A stretch of DNA of 64,000 nucleotides from Minisyncoccota bacterium (GTDB taxonomy: Bacteria > Patescibacteriota > Minisyncoccia > Phycocordibacterales > UBA9973), in contig DASYKZ010000007.1 in the NCBI GenBank assembly GCA_035994985.1, positions 15,601-79,600 of the forward strand, read 5' to 3'. Made by a program: the position numbers and the translations under genes. Below, piece by piece: positions 18,402 through 27,552 of the stretch (within the stretch, counting starts at the first letter, position 1; every line of letters starts with the position of its first letter). The notes beneath the pieces were generated by a model. It worked only from the letters and a program-made list of their open reading frames with translations, was not told the DNA's origin and searched no databases.

Positions 18402-18784
18402 GTCTTGTGCCTATAAGCCGAATTTTGTCTTCCCTTGCGGGATAATGGCAATTTGTCTAGGCCCTAAATTACTTGAGGGCTCAAGCGATTCTCCCCGCAC
18501 ATAACTTTACACAACTTTATATACCTTATTAAACTAGAGATGTAGAGTTATGTGCGGGGCGCGATCTTGCACAGAGGTAAGGATTTAGCCGTTTCACCCT
18601 AGTGTTACCACTAGATTATTCCCGAAGGAACCCTAGCCTTTCGGCCTTGGCGTCTCTGTTCGCACCTATATATTGCTATACACGGGTATTACCCGCTACC
18701 ATTCCCAGTCCCTTCTGGAACTTCGCTGTGTTCGGACTTTCCTCTCTGAAATAAATCAGAGTAGCCATCCAGCATAAGACTAAT
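18402..18784 (-). ncRNA. rnpB: RNase P RNA (bacterial type A-like)
   Basis: The minus strand contains GAGGAAAGUCCG (P4 5'), the P3 hairpin cucugauuuauuucagag, AGGGUGAAACGG, GCUUGAGCC, the P18 GNRA hairpin ucccgcaaggga, and ACAAAAUUCGGCUUAUA (P4 3'). P1 pairing is agucuuaugc/gcacaagac. There is a long AU-rich insertion helix (ccccgcacauaacu…aguuaugugcgggg). Confidence 0.8.
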
Positions 18785-18804
18785 CCTGATTATACTACAA
18801 ATTT

Positions 18805-19269
18805 TTAATATGTAAACTCTACCCTATCCCCCTCTTTTATATTATTTTTGTCGCTAAAGCCGGACACGACTTCAAGGACATATTTGGCATCTCTCTCGGG
18901 GCTATATGCTTCCGGATATAATTCCGGACGGGCATCTCTTTTTATATACACCACGCGCAAATCTTCGCCGAGCCAAATCATATCTATCGGAAAATTCATA
19001 TCCTTCATCCAAAAAACATAGGTGGCGGGCTTTTCGAAAATAAATAGCATGCCTTCGTCTTCTTTTAGGGAAATTCTCCCAGACAAGCCCTGCTCTTGCT
19101 GCTCTGGGGTAATGGCAAGGTCAACCATGATTTGTGTATTGCCTACCTGCACTATATTTATATTTGCCGGTCGATGTATTTGAGAACCACGCCAAGTCAA
19201 TGAAAATACAACTAGAAGAAAAACAATTACTACGGTAAAACTAGAAGCAAGATTTTTTTTATTTTTCAT
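18805..19269 (-). CDS. DUF192-family protein (membrane-anchored)
   Basis: 154 aa; N-terminal TM; 'EGMLFIFEKPATYVFWMKDMNFPIDMIWL' matches the DUF192 pattern. Confidence 0.65.
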   Translation of the reverse strand: MKNKKNLASSFTVVIVFLLVVFSLTWRGSQIHRPANINIVQVGNTQIMVDLAITPEQQEQGLSGRISLKEDEGMLFIFEKPATYVFWMKDMNFPIDMIWLGEDLRVVYIKRDARPELYPEAYSPERDAKYVLEVVSGFSDKNNIKEGDRVEFTY

Positions 19270-19298
19270 TTTACTTTATATTTTCTGTTTTTAATTAC

Positions 19299-20705
19299 TT
19301 ATGGTCGCTCGCCATTGGTCCAGCCAAAAAGCTTGCCTATGGCATCTGCAGTTTCCCGCTTGCGGACGATTTTTATCGTTCCGTCTTGGGCAACGATTTT
19401 CATCGGAGCTGAAAGCAGGCAGTGGTGCGAGGCAAGTCCGTCTTGATATGCTCCGGTGTCCAATATAGCTACAAGCTGCTCCTTATCTTCATGAAGTTTT
19501 GGCATCAAAATATAATTGCCACCGGCAGTATATTTGTCGTCCGAATCACAAGTGCTACCAGCAAGCCATGTAGTCTTTAAAGGACTCATCATGTTGTTTG
19601 CCGGTATGGTGTGAAATTTTTGTTTGATAGCCCACGTGTCTTTTATATCGTTCATAAAGCTGCCATCAACAATATACCAGGATTTAGCATTTGCTTTCGG
19701 GATAGATTTTTCAGACAGGACTGTGTACAGAGTCACTTGCGCCGGAGCGACAATATACTGTCCCCACTCTACCACCAAGTTTGGATGCCTGATTCCCGCC
19801 TTGTCCGACAAGTTCTTCAGCATTTTGATGAGCTTGCTGGAAACGCCCTTGGCGGTATAAAACTTTTTCTTTTCATATGGAATGCCGAACCCTCCGCCGA
19901 TGTCCAAGGTGTCCAAGCTTGGATGTGTCTGCTGCAGTTCTTTGTAGATAGCAAAGGCATGCTTTACGCCGTCAAAAATACTTTTCTGGGTCTTTATCTG
20001 AGAGCCCATGTGGTAATGCATGATTTTGAGATTTTTCATCTTGCTCAAATCAAGGGCGTCTTTTTCCGAAAGGCCAAAACGGTCAAACTTTTTATCCCAA
20101 TGCGAATCCGCTTTGACGTTCAGGTCTATCCGCACGCCAATGTCGCCCTTGTATTTGGAAAGCCGGTCTACTTCATCGAGCGACTCCAAAATAGGCACTA
20201 TATTCATACCCTTGCCCCGCAATTCCTCTATCAAGTCTAAATACTGCTCTGTCTTCGGCCCGTTGCAAAGCACGCGGATCTTGCTGTTGAACTTTTCGCC
20301 TTCCCAAAGTTTTTTGACGAGCCAAAGCTCATTGGCAGACGTGGCCTCCAAATTTGCTCCTTCGGAAATGAGGGAAAGGATAAACTCTCTGTTCTGGTTT
20401 ACTTTCATCGGATAATGATAGAAAAACTTGCCTTTGTAGCCGTAAATTTTTATATAGGCTTGGAAATAGCCTATCAGGTCTTTCAGCCGGTCTTCTATAA
20501 TAAACGGGAAAACTACCTGCAGGGGCGTACCGTATTTTTTAGCGAGGTTTTTTAGGTTGTAAATATGGTGCCCTTCCTTGGCCAAGAGCTCGCCGGCTTT
20601 GCTCACGTCGAAAAACTGAGTGTTGAATTCCTCAGCTCCGAGTTTCCAAAATTTCCTCCAGTTCTTGCCCGCTTTTTTTGATTTTTTTATTTTTTTCGCT
20701 TTCAT
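19299..20705 (-). CDS. PLP-dependent decarboxylase, Orn/DAP/Arg decarboxylase family 2 (arginine/ornithine decarboxylase-like)
   Basis: PLP-lysine context 'YPMKVNQNREF', 'LDIGGGFG', 'HMGSQI', 'GSTCDSDD'. Confidence 0.75.
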   Translation of the reverse strand: MKAKKIKKSKKAGKNWRKFWKLGAEEFNTQFFDVSKAGELLAKEGHHIYNLKNLAKKYGTPLQVVFPFIIEDRLKDLIGYFQAYIKIYGYKGKFFYHYPMKVNQNREFILSLISEGANLEATSANELWLVKKLWEGEKFNSKIRVLCNGPKTEQYLDLIEELRGKGMNIVPILESLDEVDRLSKYKGDIGVRIDLNVKADSHWDKKFDRFGLSEKDALDLSKMKNLKIMHYHMGSQIKTQKSIFDGVKHAFAIYKELQQTHPSLDTLDIGGGFGIPYEKKKFYTAKGVSSKLIKMLKNLSDKAGIRHPNLVVEWGQYIVAPAQVTLYTVLSEKSIPKANAKSWYIVDGSFMNDIKDTWAIKQKFHTIPANNMMSPLKTTWLAGSTCDSDDKYTAGGNYILMPKLHEDKEQLVAILDTGAYQDGLASHHCLLSAPMKIVAQDGTIKIVRKRETADAIGKLFGWTNGERP

Positions 20706-20761
20706 TTCCTTTGCATTGTAATGAAGACAAGTATATCAATCACGCCCAAAATGTAAAGTAT

Positions 20762-21853
20762 TTAGCCCAGATATTCTTTTAAAAACTCTTCTTTGTATTC
20801 AAAAAATTTATCGTCCAGAATTGATTGCCGGATTTTTTTAACTAAGTTAACGATGAAATATAAATTATGTATTGTAGCGAGCGTACCAGCGAGCATTTCT
20901 TTGCCGTGGAATAAATGTGCGACGTAGGCACGAGTATACCCCGAACGAGAGCCTTCGGCTCCGGACGGGGCAGGATTTTTACAAACATAACACTCACACC
21001 CCTCATCAATTGGGCCGAAATCATTTCTGTATTTTGTATTGGTTATATTTATTTTTCCGCCTTTCGTATACAGTGAGCCATTCCTCGCATTCCGAGTCGG
21101 AGCCACACAGTCAAACAGGTCTACTCCGTTTTCTATGCCCATAAACAAATCTTCCGGCTCCCCTATGCCGAGCAAGTGCCGAGGCTTTTCCTCCGGCAGG
21201 ATTTCATTTACCCATTTTACCGCCGTAGACATGTCCTCCTTCGCAAAGCTTCCGCCAATTCCAAAACCATCGAACCCGCCCCGACTACCATCGGTTCGGG
21301 CAAGTTCCAACTCGGCCATAAATTTTGCAGACTTCTTTCGTAGTCTTTCTTCCCGGCCGCCCTGCACGATGCCAAAAAGCGCTTGAGGAAAATCTAAAGA
21401 AGTTCCTTCTTTGACTTTCGCATCCAAAGCTCGGTCAGCCGTTTTCAAGACAGAATGCGAGTCGTGAGAAGGAATTTCCTTTAGATTTTCTAATTTCTGA
21501 TGTTCTTCTAAACTTCTCTCTGCCCAGCGGTGTGTGCGTTCAAGAGCTTCTTCTTGGTATTTCAAATCTTCCGTCGGGCTCGTACATTCGTCAAAAGCAA
21601 AGATAATATCCGCGCCCAAGTTGTGCTGGATTTGGATGGATTTTTCAGGAGTAATATAATGCACAGAACCGTCCAAATGTGATTTGAAAGAAACTCCGTC
21701 TTGGCCTATTTTTGCCAGACGCGGCGCATTAGAATCGTCAAAACGATCGGGTATTAAAAGTGATGGATCAGTAATTTTCGTAACCTTTGAAATTTCCTTA
21801 CCATAGGCAGCACCCAGGGAAAACACCTGAAAGCCGCCCGAGTCTGTAATCAT
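20762..21853 (-). CDS. tgt: queuine tRNA-ribosyltransferase, C-terminal ~80% (second piece of a split gene)
   Basis: 'MITDSGGFQVFSLG', 'LLGIGEPEDLFMGIENGVDLFDCVAPTRNARNGSLYT', and a CxCxxC…H zinc site (CECYVC). Confidence 0.8.
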   Translation of the reverse strand: MITDSGGFQVFSLGAAYGKEISKVTKITDPSLLIPDRFDDSNAPRLAKIGQDGVSFKSHLDGSVHYITPEKSIQIQHNLGADIIFAFDECTSPTEDLKYQEEALERTHRWAERSLEEHQKLENLKEIPSHDSHSVLKTADRALDAKVKEGTSLDFPQALFGIVQGGREERLRKKSAKFMAELELARTDGSRGGFDGFGIGGSFAKEDMSTAVKWVNEILPEEKPRHLLGIGEPEDLFMGIENGVDLFDCVAPTRNARNGSLYTKGGKINITNTKYRNDFGPIDEGCECYVCKNPAPSGAEGSRSGYTRAYVAHLFHGKEMLAGTLATIHNLYFIVNLVKKIRQSILDDKFFEYKEEFLKEYLG

Positions 21854-22104
21854 GGGACCATGAATTTATGCAGGCCCCCAGCATCGCGAATTGTTTCATC
21901 GCCAGGCTGTAAATATAAATGGTATGTATTTGCTAATATTACTTCCGCGCCAAGCTCACTTACCTGTTCGGGTGTTAAAGCCTTTACAGTTGCTTTCGTG
22001 CCGACAGGCACGAAAGCGGGAGTATATATAACTCCGTAAGGAGTTTCAAGTACTCCTGCCCTACCTAAGCTATTTTGTAATTTTTTTTCAATTTTGAAGT
22101 CCAT
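21850..22104 (-). CDS. tgt: queuine tRNA-ribosyltransferase, N-terminal fragment (84 aa), ending in an ATGA stop/start overlap with the C-terminal piece
   Basis: 'GRAGVLETPYGVIYTPAFVPVGTKATVKALTPEQ…ANTYHLYLQPG…GGLHKFMVP*'. The next conserved TGT segment (ITDSGGFQ) continues in the -1 frame. Confidence 0.7.
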   Translation of the reverse strand: MDFKIEKKLQNSLGRAGVLETPYGVIYTPAFVPVGTKATVKALTPEQVSELGAEVILANTYHLYLQPGDETIRDAGGLHKFMVP

Positions 22105-22178
22105 TTTATAAATGTGGATAACTTTGACTTTTATATCAAAATTTGCTATATTTAAAGTGATCGAAAGATCACAAACTT

Positions 22179-22209
22179 TACTGCTTAGGGGCTCCGCAAG
22201 GAGTCCCTT
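22179..22209. terminator. terminator-like GC hairpin (ggggctcc-gcaa-ggagtccc) with a downstream T-run on + and a second hairpin (gtgatcgaaagatcac) at 22148-22163
   Basis: Lies between the NYN gene stop and the tgt start; orientation ambiguous. Confidence 0.35.
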
Positions 22210-22221
22210 TGGCTTTTTATA

Positions 22222-22983
22222 TTATAGGGCCTTTATTTTATCCTTTATACTTTGAGATAAGTCTCTTGGCCAGCAAATAAACTCCTTAATCTTTTTAATA
22301 TCAAACACAAAGGTTCCCGTTTCATCTAATTCAGTAGAGACTTTACCGGAAGTTGCAAAAATTACTGCATTTTTCCCATCACTTCTTATCTGATTTACGG
22401 GACCCGCGAAATCACTATCTACACTCCATAATATGTAGTTATTGATTCCATCATTGTCAAAATCTCTGAGCATATCTCTACCCATTTCAACATCAAAATT
22501 ACACTTTTGTTCTTCTATCTCAAAAATTCCTTGCTTATTAAAGATCTCTAGTTTTCCATTTAGATATTCTATAGTTTCTATAGCTAGCTTTGATAAAAGA
22601 CTTTTCTTTATAAAATTTTTCAATATACTTGGAGAATTTTTAGGAATACTGGACATATCAATAGGTATCCTCATTAATTTTACTGGTTTAGTAGTAACAC
22701 TATAACCCATAGCTTCCAACTCTGGAATACAATCTTCAGATTGTTGATTACCTTCTAAGGTTCCAGTGTAAATTTTAACAGAATTTATTGTATCAAAAGA
22801 ATCAAATAACTGTTTCATTCTTTTTAAATCTATGTTCCACTTTAGTTTGTCTTGCCAATGTATGACATTAGACCAATCAATATAAATGTTTGTAGGACCA
22901 TCAAAAATTTTCTCCAAATCTGATATAACTTTGGGAAATAATTTTGCTAACTTTTCAATTCTGTCTGTTTTTGGTATAAACAT
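22222..22983 (-). CDS. NYN/LabA-like (PIN-fold) nuclease domain protein
   Basis: 'NIYIDWSNVIHW' (beta1 Asp), 'CNFDVEMGRDML' and 'YILWSVDSDFAGPVNQIRSDGKNAVIFAT' fit the NYN pattern (D…D-x-D…SGD-DF…G-x-V). Confidence 0.6.
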   Translation of the reverse strand: MFIPKTDRIEKLAKLFPKVISDLEKIFDGPTNIYIDWSNVIHWQDKLKWNIDLKRMKQLFDSFDTINSVKIYTGTLEGNQQSEDCIPELEAMGYSVTTKPVKLMRIPIDMSSIPKNSPSILKNFIKKSLLSKLAIETIEYLNGKLEIFNKQGIFEIEEQKCNFDVEMGRDMLRDFDNDGINNYILWSVDSDFAGPVNQIRSDGKNAVIFATSGKVSTELDETGTFVFDIKKIKEFICWPRDLSQSIKDKIKAL

Positions 22984-22986
22984 AAA

Positions 22987-23568
22987 TTATTCTTTCGTCT
23001 CATTAATTTCTTCTACTAAAACTTCTTCTTTGCAGTATTTTTCTGAAAACTCCTTTAATTCAGTTTTAATGTCTTTGAGTTCACCATCCATTATTGCTTC
23101 CGTAGTTTCTGGAGTTTTAGGGATAAGTAATTTCACCCTCCTAAATTCAAATGTATGGTAAGAATTATTTACATTTATATCTTCCTCATTTACTACATTA
23201 GTCTTTCCTTGATTGTTATTAAACGTTTTTACCATCTTTTTTGTACGTGTAACAATTTTTGGAGACCAGTTTGCCATTTTTGCTGCATCTGACCCATACT
23301 TCTCGTATTCATTGATAACTTTTATTACTCGAGATTTATAAGTAGCCAAAGAACCGGCACTAAATTTCCCTTTTGCAAAAATGCTGTTTGAAATTTGTCC
23401 AATATTTTTCTTAACTTCATTTATAGACTTAACTTCTTCCTCATTTAATTCTTCCTCAAATAACTTCAGGGCTGTCTTAAGAGCAGACCCTGTATTTTCA
23501 GGGTATTTGCGACTCTTTACAGCCCTGTTAATAAAATCATATAAATTTTTAAAATTTTGTTTTTCCAT
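22987..23568 (-). CDS. hypothetical protein, operon partner upstream of the NYN gene (3-nt gap)
   Basis: 193 aa, K/E-rich, no recognisable motif. Confidence 0.5.
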   Translation of the reverse strand: MEKQNFKNLYDFINRAVKSRKYPENTGSALKTALKLFEEELNEEEVKSINEVKKNIGQISNSIFAKGKFSAGSLATYKSRVIKVINEYEKYGSDAAKMANWSPKIVTRTKKMVKTFNNNQGKTNVVNEEDINVNNSYHTFEFRRVKLLIPKTPETTEAIMDGELKDIKTELKEFSEKYCKEEVLVEEINETKE

Positions 23569-23837
23569 AGTTTTATTTTTATAATTACTAATGAATATAT
23601 TCTATTATAGCTCAATATAGAAGTCAAGAGTAGTTATAAATTGATGCTGTGGAAAACTTTATAATATCTTTATAAATAAGGGTATTTATGTCAGATTTGA
23701 TTTCAAGAAAATGTTCGTTAACGTTTCAATAAATTATTAATTTATTGAAAAATATCTACTCTCTCTGTAAACATCTTTTCTTTGGCTTATATTTTATAAT
23801 ATATAATAGTTATGAGCTATATGTTTAGAGGATAGTT

Positions 23838-24656
23838 TTAGTTTGCCACTTCCACAAATTTAAGTTGCTGGATATTTACCGGAGAAACAAGCAGGGCTTT
23901 CTGCGAAGAGTCGCGAGGGTCAGAAATTACCGTTTCCACTACTCCTATGACATACGGAGTAATGCCGGGCAGCACTGCCTGGTCCCCTTTCCACAACACC
24001 AAATCTCTCGGCACTATCATTTCAAAATTTCCCCCGCCCCTGCCTGCAACTTCTGTAAAAATATTGCCGGCCTGTCCCGCTTGCGGAGAAAGCACTACCT
24101 CTGTAGCTTCCCCACTATTGGAAAATAAAATTACTTTTGAAGATTTTGGGTATGCTTCGGCTATCCGGCCAATGGGTAGATTGCCAAAAGCAAACACTCT
24201 GTCGCCCATTTTTATCCCTTTGTCTACTCCGATGTCAATCAATAAAGTATCGTAAGGGCTTTGGTTTGGCTTTGCCAATATCGCGCCCAATGTCATTTTT
24301 ACCTGCTCATTCTTGCGGCCTAAAATTTCCTTCAGGCCCGCATTCTCTGCTACGACAGAAGCATAATTTGCCCTGTCGGCGCTGTCGGCATCCCTCTCAG
24401 ATTTCAAGTCAGCATTTTCCTTAGAAAGAGAGCTTTTAAAAGAAAAGTAACTGGCGAAACTTGTGAGTTTTCTGCCGGCACCATTTCCGGAACTAAGTAC
24501 AGGACGGAAAACTGCCGTACTGACATAGCCGAGCCCGCTAAAAACTCCAGCGCGGAAATAAAATAATATGATAAAAACCAGGACGGCACCGATGATTTTT
24601 AAATTCTTGTTCCTTTTATTTTTTTTATCGAGGAGGTAATTCATTTTGATTACCAA
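23838..24656 (-). CDS. mreC: rod shape-determining protein MreC
   Basis: N-terminal TM, coiled-coil and C-terminal beta domain (…GNLPIGRIAEAY…VSPVNIQQLKFVEV). Immediately downstream of mreB with a 32-nt overlap. Confidence 0.65.
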   Translation of the reverse strand: MVIKMNYLLDKKNKRNKNLKIIGAVLVFIILFYFRAGVFSGLGYVSTAVFRPVLSSGNGAGRKLTSFASYFSFKSSLSKENADLKSERDADSADRANYASVVAENAGLKEILGRKNEQVKMTLGAILAKPNQSPYDTLLIDIGVDKGIKMGDRVFAFGNLPIGRIAEAYPKSSKVILFSNSGEATEVVLSPQAGQAGNIFTEVAGRGGGNFEMIVPRDLVLWKGDQAVLPGITPYVIGVVETVISDPRDSSQKALLVSPVNIQQLKFVEVAN

Positions 24657-25671
24657 TCAAAACTTCTTTATAAAAATCCAGGTTGTCCAATATTACTCCG
24701 GTCCCCCGCGCCACTGCTGAAAGCGGGTCTTCAACGACGTAGACCGGAATCTTCAGAATTTTCTGCAGATATTGGTCGAGTCCGGGTATCAAGGCGCCGC
24801 CGCCGGAGAGCGTAATGCCTGTATGCATTATGTCGGACAAGATTTCAGGAGGCGTACTTTCGAGCATATCTTTCACGCCCTCTATCAGCTCTCTCACAGA
24901 CAATGAAAGCGCTTCGCGGATATCCGCATCGGTCACTACCACGGCCCTGGGCAGCCCCGTCAAAAGATCGCGGCCATGGACCTGGGACTCCATATACACG
25001 CCGGGAGCGACAGAGCCGATGGCGATTTTGACCATCTCCGCAGTCCGCTCTCCGATTAATATTTTAAATTCGTCGCGCATGTAGGTGATGATGTCATTGT
25101 TTAGCCTGTCTCCGGCAATTTTTAAGTTTTTTGATTTAACGATTCCGCCGAGCGAGATGACGGCAATGTCCGTAGTGCCGCCGCCGATATCTATGACCAT
25201 AGAACCGACAGGGTCCTTGATGGGAAGCCTGGTGCCGATAGCCGCGGCCATGGGCTCTTCCACTAAGAAAACTTCCCGTGCGCCAGCGGAATGCGCTGCG
25301 TCGTACACAGCGCGCGATTCCACATTTGTCGTACCGGACGGTATGCCGATGACCACTCTCGGCCTGGCTAATTTCTTGGAGATTTTATTCGCTTTATTTA
25401 TAAGATATGAAAGCATCTCTTCAGTGACTTCGAAATCTGAAATAACGCCGTCCACCAGGGGGCGGATGGCTTTTATATGCCCCGGAGTCCGCCCGAGCAT
25501 TTCTTTGGCTTTTATGCCGACGGCGAGGATTTGGTTTGTCTTGATGTTTACCGCCACCACCGAAGGCTCGTTGATGACGATGCCATGCCCTTTCAAATAT
25601 ACCAAGGTGTTTGAAGTACCCAAGTCTATGCCGATGTCATTTGAAATTAATTTGTAAATTTTGTCGAACAT
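24625..25671 (-). CDS. mreB: rod shape-determining protein MreB (actin-like ATPase)
   Basis: 'IGIDLGTSNTLVY', 'DIGGGTTDIAVISLGGIV' and 'EPMAAAIG' motifs. Confidence 0.9.
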   Translation of the reverse strand: MFDKIYKLISNDIGIDLGTSNTLVYLKGHGIVINEPSVVAVNIKTNQILAVGIKAKEMLGRTPGHIKAIRPLVDGVISDFEVTEEMLSYLINKANKISKKLARPRVVIGIPSGTTNVESRAVYDAAHSAGAREVFLVEEPMAAAIGTRLPIKDPVGSMVIDIGGGTTDIAVISLGGIVKSKNLKIAGDRLNNDIITYMRDEFKILIGERTAEMVKIAIGSVAPGVYMESQVHGRDLLTGLPRAVVVTDADIREALSLSVRELIEGVKDMLESTPPEILSDIMHTGITLSGGGALIPGLDQYLQKILKIPVYVVEDPLSAVARGTGVILDNLDFYKEVLIGNQNELPPR

Positions 25672-25673
25672 TT

Positions 25674-26924
25674 TTAAATAGGCTTTAGTAATTCTAATAA
25701 TTCATCGATAGAAACAATTTTACCTTTCTCCTCTGTCCTCTTTTTTAATTCTATACCGTTTTCCTTGATACTTCTTTGGGAGACAACAGCGCGCAGAGGC
25801 ATGCCAAGCAGGTCAGCATCAGCAAATTTTTCTCCGGCAGACATTCCTACCCGGTCATCAAATAAAACTTCTATATTGTTTTTTGCCAAAGTTTCATAAA
25901 TTTTATCCGCTTCTTTTAATACTGCCTCATCTTCGCCGAGCGAAAGCAAGTGTACGGCATACGGAGCAATGGATTCCGGCCAGATGATGCCTTGGTCGTT
26001 GGCGAGAGTTTCTACCACAGTGCCCATAAGCCTCGTCGTGCCTATGCCATAACATCCGACAATCGGAGTTTGCTGTTCGCCGTTTTGGTCAGCATACGTA
26101 TACTCAAAACTTTTTGGATATTTTTGGCCCAAATCAAATACATTGCCCACTTCGGAGGCCCGTCCTTTTTTCAATTTTCCTTTGCCGCATTTAGGGCAAT
26201 CATTACCCTCAGGCACTTTTGAAACTTCTACATTGGCGCAATGCGTGCATTCTTCACAGTACAAAATATCGTCTTCCCCGGCACTGGTCAGCACCATAAA
26301 CTCATAAGATAGTTTCTCGGAAAAACTGCCGCCGGAAGCTTCAGTGACTTTTGCATCAAGTCCGGCTCGTTTAAAAATTTTCAGATACGCTTTCTTGGCA
26401 GTTTCGTAAAAAGTATCAAAGTCTTCCTGGGTAGTGTGGAAACTGTACATGTCTTTCATGCCAAATTCCCGTCCGCGCATGATTCCGCTCTTTGCTCGAA
26501 GTTCATCGCGATATTTTTGCCCGATTTGATACACAGCGACAGGCAAATCTTTGTACGAATTTGCGTACTCTTGCACAATCGGAGTGACAATTTCTTCTTC
26601 GGATTGTCCGAGGGCATATTCCTTTTCTGTACGGCTTTGCAGTTTAAAAAGTACGTCTACATTGTCCCAGCCGCCTGTCTTTTTCCAATTCTCGCTCGGA
26701 TGCAAAGTCGCCATTTGTATTTCCTGTCCGCCGATAGCATTCATTTCTTCCCGGATGATATTTTCAATTTTATTTAGTACGCGCAACCCTAAAGGCAAAT
26801 ATGAGTATACCCCCGCCATTTCCTTGTGGACAAAGCCGCCGCGGATAAGAAGCTGGGCGTTTTTTGACACTTCGTCAGTCGGAGCTTCTTTGCGGGTTTT
26901 AGTGAAAAGCTTAGATTGTCTCAT
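25674..26924 (-). CDS. proS: prolyl-tRNA synthetase, minimal bacterial-like form without the INS editing domain; contains a small Cys4 insertion
   Basis: N-terminus 'QSKLFTKTRKEAPTDEVSKNAQLLIRGGF', class II motifs, C-terminal anticodon-binding domain, and 'CEECTHCANVEVSKVPEGNDCPKCG'. Confidence 0.85.
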   Translation of the reverse strand: MRQSKLFTKTRKEAPTDEVSKNAQLLIRGGFVHKEMAGVYSYLPLGLRVLNKIENIIREEMNAIGGQEIQMATLHPSENWKKTGGWDNVDVLFKLQSRTEKEYALGQSEEEIVTPIVQEYANSYKDLPVAVYQIGQKYRDELRAKSGIMRGREFGMKDMYSFHTTQEDFDTFYETAKKAYLKIFKRAGLDAKVTEASGGSFSEKLSYEFMVLTSAGEDDILYCEECTHCANVEVSKVPEGNDCPKCGKGKLKKGRASEVGNVFDLGQKYPKSFEYTYADQNGEQQTPIVGCYGIGTTRLMGTVVETLANDQGIIWPESIAPYAVHLLSLGEDEAVLKEADKIYETLAKNNIEVLFDDRVGMSAGEKFADADLLGMPLRAVVSQRSIKENGIELKKRTEEKGKIVSIDELLELLKPI

Positions 26925-26997
26925 CAGCCTATCTTACCCGAAAAAAAGCTTTTGGTCAAAGATACAAAGATTAGCTCCTGCTAGACAAAAATGTATT

Positions 26998-27444
26998 TTA
27001 TTTGGTTTCAATTAATCCAGCCAACTTGTCTTTTTTTGCTTCCAACCATTCTCGCAGACCACGTTGTGATGAGACATATCCAACTACATTCTCTATTCCA
27101 ATAGTACCATACTTCTGTGCCATCCCAGAAGTCACCAGCCAATCTAGGTGTGCTTTGTATCTCATATTTTCGCTCGCATGTGCGAGAATTTTAGTTTTAT
27201 CTTCATCTTGTAAACCCCTTAGAAATGCTTCAGCTTCTGCATTTTTCTGTTTTCTATTTTCACCCATATTATATCCCTCGTATTCCTTTTCCCACCAATT
27301 TGGTTCATCGCTTGCTTTGATTTCTTCAAGCACCAATGCTAGCTTATTTTGTAGCTCTGGTTGAGGTAATCCTTCTAGTTTCATTGCTTCTAATCCCATC
27401 TCTATGGATGTTTTAACTTTTTGTGGTATTGCTCCTTCGTCCAT
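26998..27444 (-). CDS. hypothetical protein
   Basis: 148 aa, acidic, helical composition. Confidence 0.45.
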   Translation of the reverse strand: MDEGAIPQKVKTSIEMGLEAMKLEGLPQPELQNKLALVLEEIKASDEPNWWEKEYEGYNMGENRKQKNAEAEAFLRGLQDEDKTKILAHASENMRYKAHLDWLVTSGMAQKYGTIGIENVVGYVSSQRGLREWLEAKKDKLAGLIETK

Positions 27445-27517
27445 AATTTTATTGGTTAAATAATAATTTTAATAATTATACTTCTTATCAATAAAAAGTC
27501 AAGTAAATCTGTGTAAT

Positions 27518-27546
27518 TTGCAAAAAGGAGGAGTTTCTGCTAGAAT
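27518..27546 (+). promoter_or_regulatory. sigma70-type promoter for rpsB-tsf: TTGCAA-N17-TAGAAT
   Basis: ttgcaa(27518-27523)…tagaat(27541-27546), located ~25 nt upstream of the rpsB start region. Confidence 0.5.
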
Positions 27547-27552
27547 AGCCAG

